This document shows positions 51,391 through 63,645 of a DNA stretch of 64,000 nucleotides, piece by piece. Origin of the DNA: Octopus sinensis (Eukaryota); NCBI RefSeq assembly GCF_006345805.1, contig NC_043020.1:7440001-7504000 (forward strand), written 5' to 3'. The notes under the pieces were generated by a model that was not told the origin of the DNA, did no database searches, and worked only from the letters and a program-made list of their open reading frames with translations. The position numbers were made by a program, and so were the translations under genes. Positions within the stretch are counted from its first letter, which is position 1; each line of letters begins with the position of its first letter.

Positions 51391-52878
51391 AGAATTTTAC
51401 ATTTGAGGTGTTGGCAGAATGGAGTTTAAAGATGGAATGTATATACACAATGGGTTTCTTTCAGTTTCCATCAACCAAATCCACTCACAAGGCTTTGGCT
51501 AGCCCAAGGCTGTAGAAGACACTTGCCTAAGGTGCCATGCAGTGGGACTGAACCTGGAACCATGTGGTTGGAAGGTAAGCTTCTTACCACAAGCCACGCC
51601 TGATGATATCTATATTTATGTGTGTGTCTTTGCATTTCTGTTTGTCATCACCACCACTTGACAGCCGGTGTTGGTTTGTTTACAGCCCCATAATGTAATA
51701 GTCCAGGAAAAAGAGACCAATAGAATAAATACCAGGCTTCGGGTGAGGTGGGGTCTGTACTGGGGATAATTTGTTTGATTAACCCCCTCAAGGTAATGCC
51801 CCAGCATGGCCACAGTCAAATGACTGAAGCAAGTAAAAAGTAAAAGATATACAGAGGTGCAGGTATGGCTGTGTGGTAAGAAGCTTGCTTCCCAAATGCA
51901 TAGTTCTAGGTTCAGTTCCAATACATGGCACCTTGGGCAAGTGTCTTCTACTATGGCACTGAGCCAACCAAAACCTTGTGTGTTGATTTGGTAGACAGAA
52001 ACTGGAAGAAGCCCATCGTATATGCATGTGTGTGTGTGTGTTTGCCCCCCCAGTACCACTTGACAACTGATGTTGGTTTGTTTATGTTCCCGTAACTTAG
52101 CAGTTCAGCAAAAGAGAACAATAGAATAAGTGTCAGGTTTTGAATGAAAATAACTACCGACATCGATTCATTCGATTAAAATTCTTCGAGGTGGTGCCCC
52201 AGCATGACCTCAGTCTACTAACTGAAACAAGTAGAACATAAACATATACGACAGGCTTCTTTCAGTTTCCACTCACAAGGCTTTGGTCAGCTCACTGCTG
52301 TATTGGTAGTAGACACTTGCCCCCCCAGCATGGGACTGAACCTAGAACCATGTGGTTGAGAAACAAACTTATTACCACACAGTCATGTCTACTTAAATTT
52401 AAAAAAAAAAATTGACCAACTGAGCAACATCTAATTTACATCTGTTTATAATTCTGTTCACATTTGGATAATTAAGGAAGAGAGATTTGTTAACCCTTTC
52501 CCTTATTAGATCTAATTTATTTCCACATAAGTCTTTTTTAATGAAGCCTTGTGGGTCTTGGCTTGTGACGTGCTTTACCGTTCCTTGGTAACCCCATGCT
52601 GATTTATTTCAGTGTCTCACTCTCACAGACTTCGCCTTGAAATGAAGAATATCAAACTGGGGATTATCTGCCACTTATGGTAGCTTAACTACCTAGGCAC
52701 CTGGGTGTTTGATGTGTGCTGTGTATACTTGTATATTTACACATACACACACACACACGTGTATATACCTGTGAACGTATGTGTTTATATACATATATAT
52801 TACATATATATATCATCATCATTTCATGTTCATTGTCCAAGTGTGTGTTTATATATATATATATATTATATATATATA

Positions 52879-53002
52879 TATACTTTATTTAAAAGCAGGA
52901 GAAAATTCAACAAAACCTGTTACTCTGAGTTTCACGTTCCCGTTTGTCGGACAGTTTTAACAGGTTTTGTTGAATTTTCTGCTGCTTTTAAGTAAAGCAT
53001 AT
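52879..53002. repeat. ~44-bp inverted repeat with 35-nt loop
   Basis: TACTTTATTTAAAAGCAGGAGAAAATTCAACAAAACCTGTTA versus TAACAGGTTTTGTTGAATTTTCTGCTGCTTTTAAGTAAAGCA. Confidence 0.85.
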
Positions 53003-53093
53003 TACTCTACCACTGGTATTTGAGTACTCTTTTTTCCACCTTGTTTCACATTTATGTGTTTACTCCGGTATATGTGTTATAGACACACAAACA

Positions 53094-53321
53094 CAGTAGT
53101 GTGCAAAAGTAGGTATACAGTAAGTATCATATCCGTGATATAATACTTAATTCGTTAAAATTATTAACACATTAAATTAGTTAACCTCATTTTTGAAAAT
53201 TTTCAGTGTCATTAAACATAATAATACTTTTATTGTCACTTTTAATCTTTTTGATAAAAATAAGTGAGTATTGTACATGATTTTTTTTTTATAACTGTAT
53301 ACCTACTTTTGCACCACCCTG
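53094..53321. mobile_element. Tc1-type MITE
   Basis: TIRs CAGTAGTGTGCAAAAGTAGGTATACAGT / ACTGTATACCTACTTTTGCACCACCCTG. Confidence 0.75.
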
Positions 53322-53327
53322 TGTGTG

Positions 53328-53377
<50 letters not shown>

Positions 53378-53535
53378 TATGTATATATATTTCGATGGGT
53401 GAATGAATTATCCTATGTTTACCGTCAACATGGAAAATTCGATGAACCGATACCAGGGTAGCAAATTCACGTCAGAAACACGTAGGCAGTCATCGTAATT
53501 ATTATTTTGTCTTGTTGTTGAGAGAGGCTCTCTTT

Positions 53536-53615
53536 CTTTCCTGATGAGAAGATTGTATCTTACACCGTTTATTCCTTTGGAATAAAACCATGTTGTCTTC
53601 AAAACATGTCGAAAG
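53536..53615 (+). ncRNA. Type-I hammerhead-like motif with 53-nt stem II domain; G12>A
   Basis: CUUUC-CUGAUGA-GAAGA...UCUUC-AAAAC-AU-GUC-GAAAG gives a 5-bp stem I, a 5-bp stem II base, palindromic ACAUGU and a GUC triplet. Confidence 0.65.
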
Positions 53616-53665
53616 TAAAGGAATTTTATTAACATCTTCGTTCAACTCCATTTATTTATTTATTC

Positions 53666-53697
<32 letters not shown>

Positions 53698-53974
53698 TAT
53701 GTACTTATAGATTTACACACACATATATAAATATACCTAAATATATATATATTGAAACAAGTAAAACATAAATGGTGACTATGTGTGTGCATATGTAGTG
53801 CTAACGCTTTAGTCTTTGGTAAATTTACTTCGTCTATTTTAAGTTTTGCTTCCACACATGGAACGTTGTTTGTAATTCTAAAGATTTGATTACTTTTACA
53901 TTAAATCATACACACACACACATATATATATATATATACACACATGCATACATATATGTATATGATTTGCTATG

Positions 53975-54155
53975 CTGGACCGTTGAACTCTACAAGTTTT
54001 TTTCATTCTTTCTGTTTTTTTGCTCTTATTCCTTTCTGTTGAAGAGCATATGCTTGAAACGTAAAAGACTTTTAATTTTTCCCCGAGTGTCAAACTAATA
54101 CACTTGCTTGTTGTTCATACACCTATCTTCGTCTTTTGTTTTTTTATAAACTTCA
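53975..54155 (+). mobile_element. Penelope-like pLTR relic with hammerhead-like motif (54032-54067)
   Basis: CUUU-CUGUUGA-A-GAGC-auau-GCUU-GAAA-CGUA-AAAG. Confidence 0.6.
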
Positions 54156-54160
54156 AATAT

Positions 54161-54206
<46 letters not shown>

Positions 54207-56019
54207 CATATATATATATATATACATACATATATATAGATATATAGATTCAGATGAATATGGGTACTTAAGTTGAGGCACCAGAATTTAGTACGGTATT
54301 ATCCATACAATTTCAAAATAAGATGATTAAAATCAAAATAAGCAACAAGTATATCCAATAAATAATGTGTATTTATATATATGTACATACTTATATATAT
54401 ATATATTATATATATATATATCTATATATATATATATATATATATATGCATATATAGGTACAGGATGTGACAAAATGTAAGCAACATGAAATACGAAAAC
54501 AACATGCATTATGAATACGAAAACGACATGAAATATGAAGGCAAACTTGGGTATGCGAACAGCGAGAGGAACAAATGGAAAACAAGACAAGTAACATAAA
54601 GAACGACCCTTCATCAGTAAAAATCATGTCAAAGCTAATCTTGCTTGTGCTAGTGCCACGTAAAAAGCACTGAGTTGACTGCAGAGTGGTTGGTGTTAAG
54701 AAGGGCATCCAGGTGCAAAGGCCCCACCAAAACAAACACAGCAGCCTAGGGTAGGTTTTCTACTTGGCCAGCTCCTCTCAACCATCCTACCCATGCATGC
54801 ATAGAAGATGGACATTAAATGATGATGACATTAAATGATGATGGTTGCACATACTCAATGTGTACGTTTTGCTTGTTTGCCATTTTGCTGCAGTGTCAAA
54901 ATCCCCGAAAGTTATAGACCAGCAAGACAACTCCCACAGATCCTATTCAGGAGTGATGGTCACTGATATTTCACCATCTTATATATGCGTTGTTGTGGCA
55001 TACCAGCAAACAGGTTTTAAGCTATTTGTATATAGTCGTAGACAGGTGATTCGATTCTGCCCTGGTTCAGTTCAGGTAAGTGATGTTGATAAGCTACAAA
55101 AATGGCGAAACATTATCTGTTTCTCCTGAGTGAGATCTGGGACGAGTTGTCTTACCTGTCTGTGACTTCCAGGTGCTTTACTGCAGTGAACTGGCAAACA
55201 ACAGAAACACATGCTTAGAACACTGCCACTACTTTTAAAAAGGATTACAATGGTTCTGGCTAGCCAATTCCCCACCCACAGTTGTATGTGATGTGACAGA
55301 GAGAAAAAACATACCCTGAGCCTAAGAAATTAAGTCCAGGTACACTGCAAAGCATCAGCACTACAACCATAAAAATGAATATATGAACAATGAAGCCCTT
55401 GCAAGCAGATTTAGTACTGATAGTCTGTACTGTGTACCCAGTATTAAGACCGTTCAGTGGTTACATAGTTTTATAGTGTATTCACAGATTGTTTTCAGAG
55501 TGGTAGGGTTGAGAACACTGTGCTGCACAGAGCAAGACATCAAACTACTCACACACACAGTATTTTGATGCGGTGAGTACCACTGCCCATCTACAAGATG
55601 TTAAGGACTCTTCACTTCAGGCACTACACTCAAAATCAAAACTACAGCACACCTGACCACTAAAATGAACAAGGGATCCTGCAGAAATGCTAATTTCAAA
55701 TCTTGACTTAAATAGACTGGACCCTAACTTTGGACAACAACTGGTGTGAACCACTCAACTGGTGTCGGCCACACAAGTCTGCAAACGGATCAGGTTTCAG
55801 TTCCTGCCGAACATTAACTAACAAAAAACTAACTCAACTCAGTTCCCTCTGAGACTGGCCAAATGGATAGACGCTGAAGAAGCTGCACTGATAATAGTGA
55901 CAGATTGCATCTGCAACTGCCAGTAGTCTGTGCAGTGGAAACATGCACAGGTCATAAAAACCATAATAATATACTGTATAAAATAAGAGAAAATAAATTT
56001 TGAGGATGAACAAGTCTCC

Positions 56020-56385
56020 AAGCGTGATTGTTACCAGTGTCACCTTACTGGCACTTGTGCCGGTGGCATGTAAACAAAACATTCGAGCAAGGTCGTTGCC
56101 AGTACCTGTGCCACTGGACTGACTCCTGTGCAGGTAGCACGTAAAAACACCATTTTGAGTGTGGCTGTTGCCAGTACCGCCAGACTGGCCCTCGTGCCGG
56201 TGGCATGTAAAACCACCCACTACACTCTCGGAGTGGTTGGTGTTAGGGAGGACATCCAGCTGTAGAAACTCTGCCAGATCAGATTGGAGCCTGGCGCAGC
56301 CATCTGGTTCGCCAGTCCTCAGTCAAATTGTCCAACCCATGCTAAGCATAGAAAGCAGATATTAAACGCTGATGATGATGATGAT
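56020..56385 (+). mobile_element. SINE family C
   Basis: 60-bp repeats plus the family 3' end and (GAT)n tail. Confidence 0.8.
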
Positions 56386-57604
56386 ATATATATATATGTA
56401 TGTATGTAAGAAATAAATGAAGTTGAAAAACTTAGAATATATGAGGATTTATTTAAATTCCCTTCCCAGTCAAATGGTTCAGGTTCAGTCCCACTGCGTG
56501 GTCTTCTGGCCAAATGTCTTCTACTTTCTTCTGCTATAGCTTTGGCCCTTGTGAGTTGATTTGATAGATGGACACTGAAAGCAGCCCTTTGTGTGTGTGT
56601 ACGTATGTATATATATATATATATGTGTATGTGTGTATCTTTGTACCTGTTTGTTTGCCACTACCTCTTGACAACTGGGGATAGTGTGTTTATGTCCCCA
56701 TAACTTTAGGTTTTGCCAAAAGAGACAAATAGAATAAGTACCAAGCTTTAAAAAAAGTAGGTAGTGGGGTTGATTTGTTCTGTCCACATGTTAGATGAAA
56801 TAAAGTAGCAAACATCCCCTTATCTCACCACATGGCCTTCCTCAATCAATCAATCTATATGCAAACTGATAGTGTTCACAGACACATTTTTCCTATGAAA
56901 ACAGTGTTTACAATAATGGCCAGAAAAGACAGCTTGCAATACATATATATTGTAATATCTTCATGTGAATGTTTACTGGTAGCATACCCAAGACTTTTTG
57001 CAGGGGTAACACACAGAGGGGACAAAGAAGGACAGACAAACGGATTAAGTTGATTATATTGACCCCAGTGCGTAACTGGTACTTATTTAATCGACCCCGA
57101 AAGGATGAAAGGCAAAGATACCTCGGTGGAATTTGAACTCAGAACGTAGCGGCAGACGAAATACCGCTAAGCATTTCGCCCGGCGTGCTAATGTTTCTGC
57201 CAGCTCTTCACCTTCCTTTAGTTTCTTTCTACTAAATCCACTCACAAAGCTTTGGTTGGCCCAAGGCTATAGCAGAAGATGCTTGCCCATGGTGGCATGC
57301 AGTGTGACTGAACCCAGAACCATGCGGTTGAGAAGCAAGCTTCTTACTACGCAGTTGCGTCTGCGCCTATCAACACCGTTGAAATTATGTCATAACCAAA
57401 ACAACTGCTTCAACCACCACCACCGCCACTGCCACACCACCACAACCCCCACTACTACCGATCACACACCCCACTACCACCCATACCGTACAATCAATTT
57501 CCAGGAAAATATGTAACATGTGGATTAATCTAATCCTTCTTTCGAGATCTCAGTTTGTTGTTTGTGAGTTGGTGGTTGGAGTTAACTATGGCAGCCTGTG
57601 TTGA

Positions 57605-58170
57605 GAGGGACAGAGAGAGAGAGAGAGAGAGAGTGATGGAGAGAGAGAGAGAGGGGAGAGAGAGAGAGGGGGAGAGAGAGAGAGTGATGGAGAGAAGCAG
57701 AAATATATAGAGAGGAGGAGAGATAGGGAGATAGATAAAAAAAAAGATAGATAACAAAAGAGAGAGAGTGATAGTGATGGAGAAGAAGAGAAACAAATAT
57801 ATAGAGAGGAGGAGAGATAGGGAGATAGATAAAAAGAAAGAGAGAAAGAAGAGTGAGAGAGAGAGAGAGATAGCGATGGAGGAGAGAAACAGAAATATAG
57901 AGAGAGAAGGAGAGAGGGAGATAAATAAAAAAGAGAGAAGAAGAGTGAGAAAGAGAGGCTGAGATGTATGTATATATATGTATGTATGTATATATATATT
58001 TATGTATGTATGCGAGTGACAGACAGTGAGATGGGAGTAAACAGAGAGGCATAGAATGTAGAGAGAGAGGGAGATATAGTGAGATAAATAGATAGATAGA
58101 TAGAGAGAGAGAGAGGGGGTAAGTTGCTAGAGAAAGAGGACGAGGAGAGAGAGAGAGAGAGAGATAGAGA
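57605..58170. repeat. (GA)-rich tract containing three ~90-100-bp higher-order units (57684, 57775, 57873)
   Basis: Repeated GTGATGGAG...AGAAA(T/C)ATATAGAGAG...GGGAGATA. Confidence 0.8.
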
Positions 58171-58410
58171 AATAAAGGTGAATGAGCTTAGCTTGGCTCT
58201 TACTGTATCTTTCCTCTGTTTACATTTTGCTCTCCAAATGTTCCAGAGTGTTCTGTTAGAGGTCAGCCGACAGGTTATCAATAACTCCTATGTCGTTAAT
58301 TACATGATTTGCCATTTACCTTTTATCTTTCACTCATTTCGCTAATTAGACTACGGGCCATTCTGGAGCACCCCTGGAAAGGTTTTTAGTTCAACGAGTC
58401 ATCCCCAGCA

Positions 58411-58815
58411 CCTTTTTACTCTTTTACTTGTTTCAGTCATGTGACTGCGGCCATGCTGGAGCACCACCTTTAGTCGAGCAAATCGACCCCGGGACATATT
58501 CTTCGTAAGCCCAGTACTTATTCTATCGGTCTGTTTTGCTGAACTGCTAAGTGACAGGGACGTAAACACACCAGCATTGGTTGTCAAGCAATGCTAGGGG
58601 GAGAAACACAGACACACACACACACACACACACATATATACACATATATACGACGGGCTTCTTTCAGTTTTCGTTTACCAAATCCACTCACAAGGCATTG
58701 GTCGGCCTGAGGCTATAATAGAAGACACTTGCCCAAGATGCCACACAGTGGGACTGAACCCGGAACCATGTGGTTGGTTAGCAAGCTACTTACCACACAG
58801 CCACTCCTGCGCCTA
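58411..58815 (-). mobile_element. SINE family A
   Basis: Full reverse-complement copy. Confidence 0.9.
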
Positions 58816-59438
58816 TTTGTTATCTTTTTAAGTTTGGTACTTTTTCAGTCAGTTTTTTTTTTTTTTTTGCTAAACTGCTAAGCTGCAGAGGATGCAAACA
58901 AACCAACACCGACTGTCAGGTGGTAATGGGGGACAACATGCAAACACAAACACCACACATGCATTTTCATGCAGGTGTAAGTGCAAGCAGGGCTGTGTGA
59001 TAAGAAGTTTGCTTCCCAACCACATGGTTCTGGGTTCAGTCCCACTGCGTGGCACCTTGGGCAAGTGTCTTCTACTATAGCCTTGAGCTGATCAAAACCT
59101 TGTGAGTGGATTTGGTAGACGGAAACTGAAGGAAGCTTGTCATATCATCATCATTATTTAGCTTTCTATGTTGGCAGGGGTTTGACGGTTTGACTGGAAC
59201 TGGTAAACCAGAAACCTGCACCAAGTTCCATTCGGATTTGGCTTGGTTTCTACAGCTGGATGCCCTTCCTAATGCCAACCCTTCCAAGAGTGTAATGGGT
59301 GCTTTTATGCAGTGCTCCAGCATGGCCACAGTCAAATGATAAATAAAAGAATATATATATATATATATATAATATATCTATATATATATATAATAATAAT
59401 AATAAATATTAGGGAATAAATCCAAATGATAAATAAAA

Positions 59439-59493
<55 letters not shown>

Positions 59494-60022
59494 ACACACT
59501 ACATATATCACACACACACATACATATATGTACAAACACACACGCATATATACAGTATATACACGTATATACATCATACATACACACATATACATATATA
59601 TATGTATATATATTGATATGTGTTTTTGTTTGTTTCCCACTACTGCTTGACAACCTGTGTTAGTTCATTTACATCCCAGTAACTTAGCAGTTCAGCAAAA
59701 GAGATCAATAGAACAAATACCAGGCTTAAAAAGAAATAAGTACAGGGGTTGATTTGTTTGACTAAACTCTTCAAGGCAGTGCCCCAGCATGGCCACAGTT
59801 CAATGACTGAAACAAGTTAAAGATATACACAGTTTCTGCCTACTGAATTCACTCACAAGGCATCGGTCAACCTGGGGTGAAAATAGAAGACCCTTACCTT
59901 AGGTGCTGCGCAATGGGATTGAACTGAAAGTGAGCTTCTATATCACATAACCATGCTTGTACCTTACAGCATAACGGTTAATTCATTCCATATTATGTCA
60001 CCACAAACAAGCAGTTTCTTAA

Positions 60023-60481
60023 CCCTTTCATTACTGTATTTATTTTGAGATACTCTGGGTTTCTTTCAATCAGTTTTAAATATAACATTTATCATTAAGC
60101 TAGTGTTAGGAACATAAATTGTGACTAAGTTTTGGTGGAAGATTTTAATTCAGAACTTATGAAAACTAGACATTTGTACTATGGAGCCAGAAGTGGTTTC
60201 AGCCGGGTTGGTATCAAAAGGGTTAAGAAAAGCTATTTAAGAAAGGAAGAATGATTTTATTGCTGTTAAGGTCATCTTCACCTTTCAAATCTTCAACATC
60301 AATACTAATGGGACCCGTGGAAATTCCACAGAGCGAAAAAGATTAACCCTTTTGTTACCATATGTTAGGAACATAAATTGTGACTAAGGTTTGGTGGAAG
60401 ATTTTAATTCAGAACTTGTGAAAACAAGACATTTGTACTACAGAGCCAGAACTGGTTTCAGCCGGATTGGTATGGAAAGGG
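60023..60481. mobile_element. Composite piggyBac-type MITE pair (inverted homologue of 8247-8813)
   Basis: TTAA-CCCTTT ends. The spacer 60225-60342 is the reverse complement of 8473-8590. Confidence 0.75.
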
Positions 60482-61452
60482 TTGAATGCACTTCAGTTTT
60501 ATTCACATTGTTGTTACTGTTATAGTTGTTGTTGCTAGTGAAGGCACGTGGCTTAGTGCTTAGGGTATTCGGCTCACAATTGTATGGCCATGAGTTCAAT
60601 TCCCTGCTGTGCATCATGTCCCTGAGCAAGGTACTTTATTTCACATTGCTTCAGTTCGCTCAGCTGGCAAAAATGAATGACACCTGTAATTTAAAAGGGC
60701 CAGTGTTATCCACATTCTGCATCACCTTGAATCTCCCTGAGAACTACATTAAGGCTACTCGTGTGTGTGTATGGAGTACTCGGCCACTTAGAAGTTAATT
60801 TCATGGGCAGGCTGTTCCATTTTTGGGATCAATCAGAACCCATGACATCAGAAGTGACAGTGTGCCAGCTGCTGTCAGCAGCGGTGGCGGCGGAAATTCT
60901 CCTCTCAACCCTGTTCAATATAAACACTTTTATTATCAAAGGCATTCCAACCACGACCATCTCGTCTCATTTTCAAGCATATTACTTTCTGGAATACTCT
61001 TTCCAAATGTGCCCCTTTTTTTTTTTAAGATGATAGGGAGTGTATTGAGAGAGATTGAACTACTATTTCTAGCAGCTTGTGTGACCATAAAGAGGCTCTC
61101 CTTGTTAGTTTTTTCTTTCTTTTTTTTCTTTTGTTTTTTTAGTAGATGAGTCACCACTGTGGCTTAATGCACAACTGTGTTTTCAATCATGTTCGTCATG
61201 TATGGATTGTTGATTTTGGCTTCGACCCAGCTGTATAAAACATGTAACGAGAGACTCCAACAGCTTTCAAAATCTCTCCTTTTTTTCATTCTCTCCCTCT
61301 CTCTCTTTTTCTTTTTTGCTTATTTTATTTTATTTTTTACTTGCTGGTCTTGGAAGAAGGGGCAGAGCCCGTGACCTTTGCAGGCCCCTTGAAACCAGTG
61401 AGCTTGGTGTCGTTACTGTTCTGTTTTACCTGTTTGTTCAAATTCACTGTCT

Positions 61453-61860
61453 TCATCATCATCATCGTTTAACGTCCGTTTTCCATGCTAGCATGGGTTG
61501 GACAGTTCAACTGGGTTCTGGGAAGCCAGAAGGCTGCACCAGGCCCAGTCTGATCTGGCAGTGTTTCTACAGCTGGATGCCCTTCCTAACGCCAACCACT
61601 CCGTGAGTGTAGTGGGTGCCTTTTACATGCCACCAGCACAGGTGCCAGACAAGGGTGGCAAACGGCCACGATTGGATGGTGCTTTTTATGTGCCACCGGC
61701 ACGGAGGCCAGACAGGGTGGCGCTGGCAACGGCCACGTTCGGATGGTTCTCTTACGTGCCACCAGCACTGGTATCACAGCTACAATTTCCATTGATGTTG
61801 ATCGATTTTGATTTTGATTTTGATTTTCACTTGCCTCAACAGGTCTTCACAAGTAGAGTT
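61453..61860 (-). mobile_element. SINE family C
   Basis: Same sequence as the reverse complement of 4584-5005. Confidence 0.85.
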
Positions 61861-62310
61861 TTGTGTCTAATTTTGAAAATAATGAAAAATTGAGAGAAAT
61901 AACTTTGCCATTATTAAGTTGGTATTTGGAACATAAATTAACATGACATCTTAGTTTCAAGTTTTGGCACAAGGCCAGCAATTTGGGGGAAGCAGGTAAG
62001 TTGATTACATTGACCCCAGTGCTCGATTGGTACTTATTTTATCAACCCTGAAAGGATAAAAAGTGAAGTCGACTCTGACAGAATTTGAACTCAGAATGTA
62101 AAGATGGACAAAATGCTTCTAGGCATTTTGCCTGATGTGCTACTGATTTGGTCAGCTCACTGCCTTGGATTAACAAGAAGCTTTCATGGAAGGTTTTAAT
62201 TAGGATTACTTTAATCTTCTTGTTACCATATTTCTGTTGAAAAACACAGCCTTCATTTCAATTAATTTTGAAAATAATGAAAAATTTCCAACAAAACTTT
62301 TATCCTTATT

Positions 62311-63108
62311 AAACTGGTGTTTAGGGTGTTGAACTGGCAGAATTGTTAGCACGTTGAAGGGAATGCTTAGCGATATTTCGCCCACTGCTATGTCCCGAGT
62401 TCAAATTCTGCTGAGGTCAACATTGCTTTTCTTCCTCTCGGGTTCCAGTTACATACTGTGGTCGATATAATCGACTAGACCCTCCCACCAAATTTCAGGC
62501 CTTGTGCCTTTAGTAGAAAAGATTATTAAACTCGTGTTTAGGCTGGCAAGCTGGCAGAATTGTTAGCATGCTGAATGAAATGTTTAAAGGTATTTTGCCC
62601 ACCGCTGTCCTGAATTCTAATTCTGCCGAGGTCAACGTTGCCTTTCTTCCTTTTGGAGGGTCAATGAAATAAGTACCAGTTATATACTGGGGTTGATATA
62701 ATCGACTAGACCTTCCCACCAAATTTCAGGCCTTGTGCCTTTAGTAGAAAGGATCATTAAACTGGTGTTTAGGGTGGCAAGCTGGCAGAATCGTTAGCAC
62801 ACTGAATGAAATGCTTAGCGATATTTCGCCCACTGCTATGTCCTGAGTTCAAATTCCGCTGAGGTCAACTTTGCCTTTCTTCCTCTTGGGGGTCAATGAA
62901 ATAAACACCAGTTATGTACTGGGGTTGATATGATCAACTAGATCCTCCTACCACATTTCAGGCCTTGTGCCTTTAGTAGAAAGGATTATTAAACTGGTGT
63001 TTAGGGTTTAGGGTTATGGTGAGCTAGCGGAATCGTTAGAATACTGAATGAAATGCTTAAAGGTATTTCATCCATCACTACAGTCTGAGTTCAAATTCTG
63101 CTGAGGCC
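62311..63108 (+). repeat. Tandem array of ~3.5 family-B SINE-derived units (~220-230 bp)
   Basis: Units start AAACTGGTGTTTAGG at 62311, 62528, 62759 and 62991. Confidence 0.85.
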
Positions 63109-63139
<31 letters not shown>

Positions 63140-63146
<7 letters not shown>

Positions 63147-63305
63147 TAACACATTGAAAAATACCTTAGGAATAAGAACCCAGATTTGAAATTTCCCCCA
63201 AGATACCTGATGAAGTCTGGAAGATATATCAGCTGAAATGTTGTGTTAACAACATACAAGATGAGGACAAATATCCGTCAAATGTAAGAAGTAATGTAAA
63301 TAATG
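63140..63305 (+). mobile_element. Penelope-like pLTR relic with hammerhead-like motif (63203-63246)
   Basis: AUAC-CUGAUGA-A-GUCUGG-aagauaua-UCAGCU-GAAA-UGUU-GUGU. Homologous to 13617-13787. Confidence 0.55.
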
Positions 63306-63645
63306 TTATTTCTTCCTTGAGTTTAAGTTCAAATGCTGAGTCAGCAGAGAGGAGTTCCAACAAGATAAAATCTAGGTTTACATGCACAAGTCTCTGATAT
63401 CCAAATGGCTAAAATGTGTCAGCTGATGGGCACCCAGGAGTCATGACCTGGGTGTGGCCCAGCCCTTTTAGAGTGTAAGAAGTTTAGAACTGAAACACTT
63501 GCCTGAGTGAGCTTTCTTCTCTGGAAACCTTTTGTTGTTCAGCTCTCTCTCAAGAGTTTCTTACTACCACAAAACGTGCAGTGTTGATTATGCAGCTTAT
63601 TAAAGTCTTTGTTTTCCAAGCCCACACATACACACACACACACAC

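Noticed and set aside
54540-54625. CUGAUGA-AGGGU on the minus strand (and a similar arrangement near 25140-25180) as a further or permuted hammerhead
   Set aside because: Could not close stem II with a GAAA half.
54845-55960. 1.1 kb of non-repetitive, balanced-composition DNA with several short ORFs
   Set aside because: No recognisable domain, DCX motif or convincing splice pair. Possibly an old TE, but unsupported.
62995-63016. TTTAGGG repeats as an interstitial telomere
   Set aside because: Only about 2 units, derived from the SINE-array junction.
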